A stretch of 9,009 nt of DNA. It comes from Octopus sinensis. Lineage: Eukaryota. The stretch lies in contig NW_021828160.1 in assembly GCF_006345805.1 (NCBI RefSeq), forward strand, positions 1-9,009, written 5' to 3'. Positions 1 to 8,066 of this stretch are shown here, piece by piece. Made by a program: the position numbers and the translations under genes. The notes below the pieces were generated by a model. It saw nothing but the letters and a program-made list of their open reading frames with translations. It was not told the DNA's origin and did no database searches. How positions within the stretch are numbered: position 1 is the first letter of the stretch; every line of letters starts with the position of its first letter.

Positions 1-426
1 TCCTTCTGAAGTAGATATTTTTGTAGTCCTATGGTGGTTTTTTTATGTAGTGTTTTCCAGCTGTATAATGCCTCTACCACCTTCTATACTGTTGTATATA
101 TAGTCTTGCTATGTCAGATTTTGGGTGGATGCATCCTAGATCCTGTCATATTTTTCTTGTTTTCCTATCTATTTGGTCAGTTCATTTAGTGTCCAGTTAA
201 GGATATTGTAGCTGTAACTTATCCTGGGACGGCTAAAGTGTTAGTACCTATAATCTTGTTTTTTAGCATTGAGCTCTGTTTTTAGTATTGATCTAACTCG
301 TCTATAATATTCTTTTTTTTTTATTTTCTCTTTCATTTGTGTGTGTTGTGTCTTATCTAGTTCATGGATTCCTAGGTATTTGTAAGTTTGGCTTTGGTCT
401 AATTCTTTGATTTCATTGGTTTTATC

Positions 427-427
<1 letters not shown>
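1..427 (-). mobile_element. 5'-truncated, frameshifted non-LTR retrotransposon fragment (REL-endonuclease type, R4/Dong-like): RT domain 7 and thumb; continues past the window start
   Basis: Minus-strand translation across several 1-bp frameshifts gives DKTNEIKELDQSQTYKYLGI (YKYLGI at 367-384), KEYYRRVRSILKTELNAK-NKIIGTNTLAVP, SYSYNILNWTLNE, MH-HPKSDIARLYIQ (from 134) and EGGRGIIQLEN (GGRG at 70-81). These match the YKYLG ... ELN..NK ... HP..D..RLY.PR..GGRG motif series of R2-superfamily/R4 LINEs. The clade call is from motif recall. Confidence 0.85.

Positions 428-460
<33 letters not shown>
428..460. repeat. (ATT)11 microsatellite, (TAA)n on the minus strand, abutting the 5' truncation point of the LINE fragment
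   Basis: Perfect trinucleotide run read directly. It produces the poly-Ile of ORF 241..477. Confidence 0.98.
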
Positions 461-960
461 GAGTGAGAGCAGTGCATGCCATCAAAGTGACATGAAGCCC
501 AGTATACCCATCTTGACTACCAGTCTGATAAGGTACAAGAGGCACATGCATCACAACCATATATGCATGACATGATGATCTCGCATCAAAATAAACCGCG
601 CATAACCTTCCAGGTGGGGCCTAGTTAGAGTTTTCTTCAGGTCAAGTGGCCCATCCCACTCAAAAGATCCTTGAATAAGAGTTGTTTCAGTATGTTGAAC
701 GGAACACCCATGTTTCCAGAGATGAATTCTCCAAACCCCAAATAATTCCTCTCAACACATGGCTATAATGCTTCCCACTCCTTCTGCTGGTGATCAGAGA
801 TGCACATAAGGTCAAACAACTGACAAATAAATCTGTGGTATTGAGCAGAATATTTGCTGTAACCCACCTTTTATACAAAGACAAAACAATGTACATAATA
901 ACACTTCCAATCAGTTAAGATCAAAGGCCATGATAACCACTGCCTGGTACTGCATCAGGG
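461..960. mobile_element. Unclassified ~500-bp interspersed repeat bounded by ATT-type tracts
   Basis: Complex sequence, roughly 40% GC in a sampled line and higher than its surroundings. It has sharp edges at (ATT)11 on the left (gagtgagagcagtgcatgcc...) and a degenerate ATT tract on the right (...gcatcaggg|tatttactattattgtta). It resembles an abundant octopus repeat as I recall it. No TIRs, A/B boxes or recognisable protein were seen. Confidence 0.5.
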
Positions 961-1140
961 TATTTACTATTATTGTTATATGTTTGACTTTTGCTTTGTA
1001 TTTGTACATGTTGGCTCCACGTCTCACCCAGAGACCTCAAAAGAAAACAAGTTAAAAGTTCATGTTGGTGATATGCTTAGGGTGTCATATATTTGGGTTT
1101 GCACATAGTATTTGCCAATTTTTATTTCAAGACCTATATA
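961..1140 (-). mobile_element. Probable 3' UTR end of an R4/Dong-like LINE with degenerate (TAA)n tail
   Basis: The minus strand reads ...ttgaggtctctgggtgagacgtggagccaacatgtacaaatacaaagcaaaagtcaaacat-ataacaataatagtaaata. This is a stem-loop (gtctc-tgggt-gagac) followed by a decayed TAA tail, with (AAT)9 at the 5' side. The family assignment is from recall of octopus LINE tails. Confidence 0.5.
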
Positions 1141-1141
1141 C

Positions 1142-1170
1142 ATTATTATTATTATTATTATTATTATTGT

Positions 1171-1213
<43 letters not shown>
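1142..1213. repeat. Compound microsatellite (ATT)9-GTT-(ACT)14
   Basis: Read directly. It explains the poly-Leu in ORF 1062..1385. Confidence 0.98.
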
Positions 1214-1356
1214 GAAATTGCAAAAAATTGAAATCAGTATGTTCTTACAATACCAAAAGAATGGAACTGACACCGTATTTGGAAAAAAAAAGGAGTCTAA
1301 GCTGGTTACTCATGGGAACCTAATTTATAATATTTTTACGACCTCAAATTTTCCAG

Positions 1357-1371
1357 GTCTGAACAGACAAT
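1357..1371 (+). CDS. Candidate 15-nt microexon of an unidentified host gene
   Basis: The sequence reads aaattttccag|GTCTGAACAGACAAT|gtaagt. There is an AG-free zone of about 55 nt upstream and a ctaat branch-point-like motif near 1320. The length preserves frame. Support is splice signals only. Confidence 0.25.
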
Positions 1372-1581
1372 GTAAGTGTGCTTAAATCGTCGACGCATAC
1401 ATTTGTGTGGTAAACTACAATGCAAATGGGTAAGGCTTTTCTGTGGTTAACATGCATTTCACACTGGATGATGTAATCTCTTTTGTATTTCGTATCTAAA
1501 TATAGATCTGTAGTTTTCTATAATTGATGCAGAATCTGTAAATAGGGAAACTGATGTGGTAGATTCGTCTAAAAATTAAAC

Positions 1582-1644
1582 TGTATGTATGTATGTATAT
1601 GTATGTATGTATGTATGTATCTATCTATCTATCTATCTATCTAT
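1582..1644. repeat. Compound (TATG)n-(TATC)n microsatellite
   Basis: Read directly. Confidence 0.95.
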
Positions 1645-1749
1645 TTTTCTCTCTTTCTAAATATATATGTGTGTGTTTTAGTGTGAGTATGTGTGTGTTT
1701 GTGAGTGTGTTTTTTTTTATTTGTGTGTTGGTATTAGATATGTGAATAT

Positions 1750-1990
1750 ACATACATATATGTACTTGTATATACCTGTATACATAAATATATGCATAGA
1801 CATACGTATATACATACATTAATACATACGTATATACATACATGCATATATACATACGTACATGCGTACACTCATTCATACATACATACATACATACATA
1901 CATACATACATACATACATACATACATACATACATGCATACACTCATACATACATACGTACATGCATACACACATGCATACATACATTCA
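1750..1990. repeat. Degenerate (CATA)n microsatellite array with CATG/CGTA/CACT variants
   Basis: Read directly. It is the source of ORFs 1637..1987, 1792..2013 and 1842..2042. Confidence 0.95.
1972..1990 (+). repeat. Left copy of a 19-bp direct repeat (probable target-site duplication) ACATGCATACATACATTCA
   Basis: Identical to 2883-2901, including the non-canonical CATG and TTCA interruptions. The match extends to 25 bp with one mismatch. Confidence 0.75.
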
Positions 1991-2863
1991 TGTTGAGGAA
2001 GTCTCAAGGATAGCACACTGTTTTACATGGAAACAGAAATAATAAAATTACAGACCGTTTCTTTGTGGATAACTTGAAATTATATGCAAAGAATATGCAT
2101 GAGACCAAATAGAGCCTTGACCCGGTGACAATATTCTCAAAGGATAAAAGGCTGAAACTTGGTCACGATAAATGTTGGTATATGGTCGTAGAAAGAGGGA
2201 AAACTGTAAACCTGACTAACAACATCTCCATCAATGACTTAACTGTTTCCCCTTTATCTGTTGAGGAATGTTACAGGTATCTTGGGGTGGATGAAAACAT
2301 TTCTTACAATGGCAGTTACACGAGCCACTACAGAATATTACAGAAAAAATAAAGAAACTTTGGACCTCGGAACTCTCTGCATTCAATAAAACAGTGGCCT
2401 ACAATGTATTTGAAGTACCTGTGAAATAGAATAACTACGCTGAACTATTCAAAAATCTGCAATTGCTCAATCCAGATTATAAGTTCAGGTTTATACCTGT
2501 ATTTATTGAGGCACTGAGATACATAACACACTGCTTAAATACCAATCTTACGAAATTAGGCTTCTCAAAACTAGAAAGGAGAAAGCGGATTCGAAGACTA
2601 CAATCTCAATCCTACACTTGAACTATAAAATGTGTAAGACTTTCCTGAGATTTATCATTTAAGTATATATGAGTATGTCTAGATATGCAACTATATGCAT
2701 GAGAATACATACATATAACAAAACATACAAATCTGCAGATATACAGTCGTACAAATATACTATGTTGATGGTATTGAATTTCCAATTAAGAAACCTTGGA
2801 TCAAGGTTAGAAACAGGCTCTTTCTTCACCGGCAAGAAATGTTGAAATGAAACCGAATTTTAA
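1991..2863 (+). mobile_element. 5'-truncated, internally deleted REL-type (R4/Dong-like) LINE pseudogene with ORF C-terminus and 3' UTR
   Basis: Translation gives KITDRFFVDNLKLYAKN (RT5; catalytic DD decayed to DN at 2068-2073), LGHDKC (RT6), CYRYLGVDE (RT7, 2272-2286) and EYYR-KIKKLWTSELSAFNKTVAYNVFEVPV. It then continues directly into NNYAELFKNLQLLNPDYKFRFIPVFIEAL (the post-endonuclease iPviiGaL motif) and CKTFLRFII* (stop 2660-2662). About 200 bp of 3' UTR ends at a (CATA)n tract. Internal stops and frameshifts are present. Confidence 0.85.
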
Positions 2864-2901
2864 CATACATAGATACATACATACATGCATACATACATTC
2901 A
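2864..2901 (+). repeat. (CATA)n tail/flank containing the right copy of the 19-bp TSD (2883-2901)
   Basis: Read directly: catacatagatacatacatacatgcatacatacattca. Confidence 0.85.
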
Positions 2902-2916
2902 ATCACGTAGTTGTTA

Positions 2917-3097
2917 AGGCAGTGGATTAGTAGAAACAGAAAAAAATGGTTTTCTTACGCTCAGTTAAAATCCCTGCATGGAAAAATTTGCCTTTAATTC
3001 CCAACGGGTCGATAACAACAGAATACCTGTCAATTACTGAGGCCCCACAAATCAACCAACACTTTCCTCCAAATTTCTGGCCTTCTACCTCATATAG
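2917..3097 (+). mobile_element. Strongly diverged tRNA-derived SINE
   Basis: It has a B-box-like agttaaaatcc (2963-2973), a core tttgccttt...cgggtcgataa...tacc and a tail aaatttctggcctt...cct. These resemble an octopus SINE consensus as I recall it. There are many substitutions. Confidence 0.5.
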
Positions 3098-3106
3098 AGG
3101 CCACGT

Positions 3107-3228
3107 TCTTTCTTTCTCTTTCTTTCTTTCTTTTTCTTTCTTTCCTCCTTTCTTCCTTCCTTTCTTTCCTCACCCCTCTCTCTCCATCTCGCTGTTTATG
3201 TCTCTCAGTTTATCTCTCTATCTCTCTT
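3107..3228. repeat. Polypyrimidine low-complexity tract (TTTC/TC)
   Basis: Read directly. Confidence 0.9.
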
Positions 3229-3233
3229 TAGAG

Positions 3234-3234
<1 letters not shown>

Positions 3235-3273
<39 letters not shown>

Positions 3274-3293
3274 TGTGAGCTCATAAGTATATT

Positions 3294-3338
<45 letters not shown>

Positions 3339-3504
3339 GTATGTATATATATATATGTATGTATATATATATATGTGTGTATAAATGTAAACATGCACAT
3401 ATATATTATGTATAATGTATATAATATATAGATTATATATATACATACATATATATATATATATTGTGCAATATATATGATATTTACATATATATATATA
3501 TATG

Positions 3505-3551
<47 letters not shown>

Positions 3552-3700
3552 ATATAATATATTATATATATATGTACGTATGTATGTATGTATGTATGTA
3601 TGTTATATAGATATATAAACATATATGTGCGTGCGTCTATGGAGAAAGAGAGAGAGGGGGAGAGATAGATAGATAGATAAAGAGAGAGAGAGAGAGAGAA
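3235..3700. repeat. Microsatellite complex: (TA)17, mixed TA/TG, (TATC)n near 3506-3550, (TATG)n near 3579-3602, (GA)/(GATA)n
   Basis: Read directly. Confidence 0.95.
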
Positions 3701-4053
3701 GAGATAGTCAGGAGTATGGAGAAATAGAATATCAGAAATTAGGAACTGGAATGAGGGACTTTTATGAAGGAGAAGAACAATGGGGAAATAAACCTGAAGC
3801 GATAGAAAGTGGAATTATAGTAAATATTAAAAATCAATAGCAGAAAAAGGGAAACGTTTTTTGAAGAAGTGTACGAGGAAGTATTAGGAACAGAAAGAGT
3901 CAGTTCTATTGATTAGTTTGCAGTAGCTACCATGGAAACTGCACCTATTGAGTAGCACGAGAGCTATGCGTGTTACATGTGTGACGTCAGATTTTTAGTC
4001 CCATTACATAAAGATTAGCTATATTATTGCAGAGAGGAAACAAAAAGAAATAG

Positions 4054-4056
<3 letters not shown>

Positions 4057-4084
<28 letters not shown>
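4057..4084. repeat. (CA)14 microsatellite
   Basis: Read directly. Confidence 0.97.
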
Positions 4085-4088
<4 letters not shown>

Positions 4089-4183
4089 CAGAATTGTACA
4101 AACACAATGCATACACACACAGATGTACATATGAATGTATGCACATACAACACATATAAACAAATATTTCAAATGTGTTCGTA

Positions 4184-4185
4184 CA

Positions 4186-4283
<98 letters not shown>
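4184..4283. repeat. Interrupted (TA)n microsatellite
   Basis: Read directly. Confidence 0.95.
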
Positions 4284-4478
4284 TTGTGTGGTGTGTGGGT
4301 GTCATTTATTTATATTATAAATATAATTAGTTTAAAATGAATTTTAACACGTATGTGTATACGTGTATGTTGTAATACATACAAATATATATATATATAT
4401 ACATACATATATAAGTATGTGTGTGTGCGTATTAGTTTTCAGTTTATGATTTTGTTTCGATTATTTCGGTCACTTCAG

Positions 4479-4574
4479 AATTAATGAAATAATTTCTGTA
4501 AAGAGATCGATGAAAGAATTCAGAAGGAATGAACAAAGTAGTCAAAGTGGAAGTGAATGTGTAAATTCGAAAAG
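4479..4574 (+). CDS. Candidate 96-nt symmetric (phase 2-2) exon of an unidentified host gene
   Basis: The sequence reads ttttgtttcgattatttcggtcacttcag|AATTAATG...TCGAAAAG|gtgatg. Only one frame is open (INEIISVKRSMKEFRRNEQSSQSGSECVNSK). The donor is weak at +5 and no homology was recognised. Confidence 0.2.
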
Positions 4575-5718
4575 GTGATGATAGATTTCGTTTTGGGGGA
4601 GTTGGTTAATTTAAATTTGTTGATGTTTAATTCCATATATAGTAACATTCCATATACAGTAACACCTTAACACCTTTAGTTTAAGGTTTAGCATTAGATA
4701 GGATTATAAAGGGTCGAGAGAGAATTTAGAAAAACGAAAAATGAAGGACTAATATATAAGCGCAAATTGCAACACATATATTAAGAAACGTTCAGTTCTA
4801 CTATTATGGAAAGATTAGAGAAAGAAAGCTTGTATAAATACTATGAAAGATATATGAGAGATAAGTTAAATAAATCTCAAATAATATTAAGCTCGTATAA
4901 AGTAAGAAATATTTAGAACGAAGGCATATTAAGTTTAAAATTAATATTTAGCTTACAAAAAGAAAGTGTTTTAAAAATTTTATGCTGGTGAAATTATTAA
5001 ATGAAAAGCCTGAAAGAGAAACGAAATAATTTTGAGAAGTAATATAGGAACTAGTAAAATGGATGAAAATAACTAGAGACGTCTGAGGAAAAAAGTTATG
5101 AAGGAATCGTGGGTAATGCATAGCGAACAGTCAGATCTAAATAGGTCTTTATAATAAAGTGGGTAGAGATAAACGAGTAGAATGATATAAACATTTGTCG
5201 CATTGTACGCATATTGGTTTAACAAAATGGTGGACAAATTGATCAAAGCGTCTGAAATTAAGCGAGTAAACACATGAAAACTCACAGGCAAGCAGTTAAT
5301 GACCGGCAATGGGGAGCCAGTAAACTAGCCTCCTGGATCGTCTTCAACTTAACTGACACTCATTGTTGCATTCTGAGGGTAAATGCGTCCTCAGATAAGG
5401 CATTTACAATTTATTAATGCAAATTCTCTTCCATCTGCTAACTTTAAAGTATCTAATGGTGAACTTTAAACGGTAGGTCTGTCTGACTATAAATGAACTT
5501 AAACGTTCATAATATTAAATTAAGCAACTTGCCACAACTAAATCTAACTGACTCTTTGATCTTAGACTTTCACTGCCTCCCTCACTTCTATTCATCTTCT
5601 CCTCCTCCAAAACAATTTAACTAATAATTTAATTTCTTCTTCACTCACGAGTCCGGAATAGTTAACTGAAATAACTGAAACAGAATTAATTATAAACCTG
5701 CAAACTAATGTATATATA

Positions 5719-5774
5719 TGGCTGTGTGGTAAGAAACTTATTTACCAAAATCGCATGGTTCCGGGTTCTGTCCC
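5719..5774 (+). promoter_or_regulatory. Pol III type-2 internal promoter (A and B boxes) of the SINE
   Basis: TGGCTGTGTGG and GGTTCTGTCCC are separated by 34 nt. Both are imperfect matches to the tRNA box consensus. Confidence 0.6.
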
Positions 5775-6039
5775 ACTGCGTGGTACCTTGGGCATGTGCC
5801 AACTGCTATATCCTCGAACTGACCAAGGTGTGGATTTGGTAGAGTGAAACTGAAAGAAGTCCGTTGTATATATACATATCTATATATATATGTGTGTGTG
5901 TCTTTGTGTTTGTCCTCCCATCACCGCTTGACAACCGACGTTGGTGTGTTTACGTCACTGTAACTTAGCGGTTCGGCAAAACAGTCGATAGAATAAGTAC
6001 TAAGATTTAAAAAACAAGTGCTGCGTTCACTCCAGCATG
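5719..6039 (+). mobile_element. tRNA-derived SINE, near full length (octopus OK/OR-type), with internal (TA)/(TG) microsatellite
   Basis: A box TGGCTGTGTGG (5719-5729) and B box GGTTCTGTCCC (5764-5774) are present. The body includes ccactgcgtggtaccttgggca, tggatttggtaga..gaaactgaaagaag, cgcttgacaaccga..tggtgtgtttacgtc..gtaacttagcggttcggcaaaa and gatagaataagtac. These match the abundant octopus SINE as I recall it; the 3' part is shortened. Confidence 0.85.
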
Positions 6040-6339
6040 TTCTTTGTCTATCTCCTTAACTTCTTGTTGATTTTAGGCATAATTATACTGTGTCAATCTT
6101 TTCTAATTTAATTAAATTATATGTCTTTGTGCAGCTGAGGATTAATCTGCATTTAAATTGATCTAATTGTTGCATTGTTCAATTAAATGGACTTGCATGA
6201 AATGATCGTACTGCATTACCTCTGGATATTCTTGTTGCTTATTTTGATTTTAATCACCTTACTTTGAATTGTACGATAATACCGTACTAAATTCTGCTGC
6301 CTCAACTTAGTGCCATATTCATCTGAATCTAAATTTTTG

Positions 6340-6340
<1 letters not shown>

Positions 6341-6384
<44 letters not shown>
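6341..6384. repeat. (TA)22 microsatellite abutting the palindrome
   Basis: Read directly. Confidence 0.97.
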
Positions 6385-6390
<6 letters not shown>

Positions 6391-6553
6391 CAATTTAGGA
6401 TGGCCTTAATAGGCCATTCGTCCATAGAAAGAGCAGCCATAACTCAAAGTGCTAAGTAGTTAATTCAGTTATGGCTACTTAGCGGTTTGAGTTATGGCTG
6501 CTCTTTCTAGTGGACGAATGGCCTATTAAGGCCATTCCTAAAATTGTTTAATT
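6384..6553. mobile_element. 170-bp fold-back palindrome (MITE-like or inverted retroelement terminus) in a (TA)n context
   Basis: The arms at 6384-6459 (76 nt) and 6475-6553 (79 nt) are reverse complements at 74 of 79 aligned columns (3 one-base gaps, 2 mismatches), with a 15-nt spacer. The structure is certain; the element class is inferred. Confidence 0.75.
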
Positions 6554-6982
6554 TTATATATTTAGTCTTTGACTATTTACTCTTTCCCACTAGACCGCTG
6601 GTAGCGATAAATTTCTACTGAATTATTTTTGCTACCCTAAATTGATTATATATATATATAATATATATATATATAGGTGTACAAATGGACGGAAAACAGA
6701 TAGACAGGCAGACAGACAGACACACAGACACACACATGCACATGCATATTTATGTGTGTGGCAATCGTTGGATCTCTGTGTTCGGTAATGAGGAATCAGT
6801 TGTCCAATCAACTCAAATAAGTGTAACTGTCCCGGAATTTAAGTACGAGTGAATCTTCAATATATATATATATATATATTACTATATATATCTAAATATA
6901 TACCTATAACCTTCATTTAATACTTAGGCAGAATCACCGTGATAAATTGCATGAAGGAGCTTTTGAATCCTGCCGATTTTAA

Positions 6983-7121
6983 TCACTTTCCGACTTATTA
7001 GTTTCATCCTGATGCTATGATTTCACTCGAGATTATAGATGACATTTGCCCAGGTTGCTGCGCAGCGTGATCGAACCTGAGACTTTACGGTTGCAAAGAG
7101 AACTTCCTAAACGTTCGGTCA
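6983..7121 (-). mobile_element. Diverged SINE head, same family as 5719-6039, inverted orientation
   Basis: The minus strand has B box GGTTCGATCAC (7067-7077). The segment tcgagattatagatgacatttgcccaggttgctgcgcag aligns with the reverse complement of 5776-5817 (tcgaggatatagcagttggcacatgcccaaggtaccacgcag). Confidence 0.7.
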
Positions 7122-7176
7122 TACTGCGCTTAGGCAGCCCATCGACAAAAGCATGTGCGTTATCTATCTATCTATC

Positions 7177-7931
7177 TGCACGCGCTCGTGCAATGTCCAG
7201 CTGAGTCTATCGTCAATATTGTCACGCCTCCTTCCTTCAAACGGGAAGGAAGAGCTATTTCATCATTCTTGTGGCTATGGCGAAAGAATGTATCTGGTGG
7301 ACGCGTCTGAAAGGATTGGAGACAAACACTTTCCTCTCTGGTCATCTCTCATCAACCTCTTCAAGTACCACTTGAAAAGGAAAGTAAGAGTAGAGAGGCA
7401 AGGTTTGTCTAGCGAATGTTTTAAAAAAAAGATGGGTGAGTGTAGAGGATGGCACGTTTGAATGACGAAGCCACCTTGAGCATAATCCTATGAACCCAGA
7501 AATTGAAAACAGAGGGTTACCCACTTGCAAACAAATGTGGTAACATATAACAATATTGACCAAGGTTACCGTGGTCTTTTTTGTAGGCTTTTCTTCTCAT
7601 GGATAAACCTTACTTGCTTTCCCCTTTACACCATATATCATAACACTGTGATACACGATCCCTATTGATCGTTCTTTTTTTTCCTCTTCCCCCTTTTTCC
7701 CCTTTTTTAATTTCTCTTTCCTTTTCCTTTTCCTTTTCTTTTTTTTTCTTTTTATTTTATTCAATTTTTTTTCTTTGTTCTTTTCTTCCCTTTTACGATC
7801 CCTCTTGATCGAAAACCTACGCCACCCCCTTTTTTTTCTTTTGTTTTTTGTTCTCTTCATCCCCCAAAAGAAAAGCTCTACCTTGTAACTTGTCCCATCT
7901 GTGTGCAGCCCTGTGTGGCCAATAAAGAAAC

Positions 7932-7932
<1 letters not shown>
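7177..7932 (+). mobile_element. 5'-truncated L1/Tx1-clade LINE 3' end (ORF2 C-terminus pseudogene, T-rich 3' UTR, AATAAA)
   Basis: Frameshift-corrected translation gives ESIVNIVTPPSFKREGRAI / FIILVAMAKECIWWTRLKGLETNTFLSG / SLINLFKYHLKRKVRVERQGLSSECFKK / RWVSV / RMARLNDEATLSIIL* (stop 7491-7493). AK..IW..R is the L1/Tx1 ORF2 C-terminal motif. A pyrimidine-rich UTR at 7670-7860 is followed by AATAAA at 7921-7926, then (TATC)n from 7933. Confidence 0.75.
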
Positions 7933-7993
<61 letters not shown>

Positions 7994-8066
7994 CTCTCTC
8001 TCTCTAACTCTCTATCTATCTATCTCTCTCTAACTCTCTATCTATCTATCTCTCTCTCTCTAACTC

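Noticed and set aside
634-640. CTGAAGA on the minus strand, and CTGAGGA near 5083, 6135 and 5388 (minus), as hammerhead ribozyme cores
   Set aside because: No downstream stem II plus GAAA or stem III/UH arrangement could be built around any of them.
1142-1213. Minus-strand (TAG)14(TAA)9 as a run of stop codons
   Set aside because: No upstream ORF; explained as a TAA tract with a fixed substitution amplified by slippage.
1062-1385. 107-aa ORF with poly-Leu, and the other listed ORFs rich in YI/HT/YLSI/CV/K repeats (1637-2042, 3234-3446, 3987-4320, 7597-7860, 7901-8143, 8625-8926)
   Set aside because: They are translations of microsatellites or polypyrimidine tracts, with no protein signal.
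2946-3278. 110-aa ORF
   Set aside because: It runs through a decayed SINE, a pyrimidine tract and (TA)n.
3702-3840. Purine-rich stretch open for about 45 codons (DSQEYGEIEYQKLG...)
   Set aside because: No start, splice signals or recognisable motif; purine bias alone reduces stop frequency.
4631-4664. 17-bp tandem duplication ttccatata(t/c)agtaaca x2
   Set aside because: Ordinary local slippage; two copies only, and not CRISPR-like.
5372-5395. 7-bp stem hairpin tctgagg...cctcaga, and similar small hairpins at 7177-7192 and 7231-7252
   Set aside because: Short stems are expected by chance. The latter two lie inside LINE coding remnants and lack a Helitron-type CTRR end.
5649-5665. Minus-strand 17-nt (or 26-nt) exon-like segment, ttcag|TTAACTATTCCGGACTC|gtgagt
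   Set aside because: It is not frame-preserving, has no compatible partner exon and is on the opposite strand to the other candidates; likely chance.
7153-7461. 102-aa ORF treated as a gene (superficially SH2-like SLINLFKYH)
   Set aside because: It is a mosaic of frames from the decayed L1/Tx1 ORF2; only the part from 7345 is in the true element frame.
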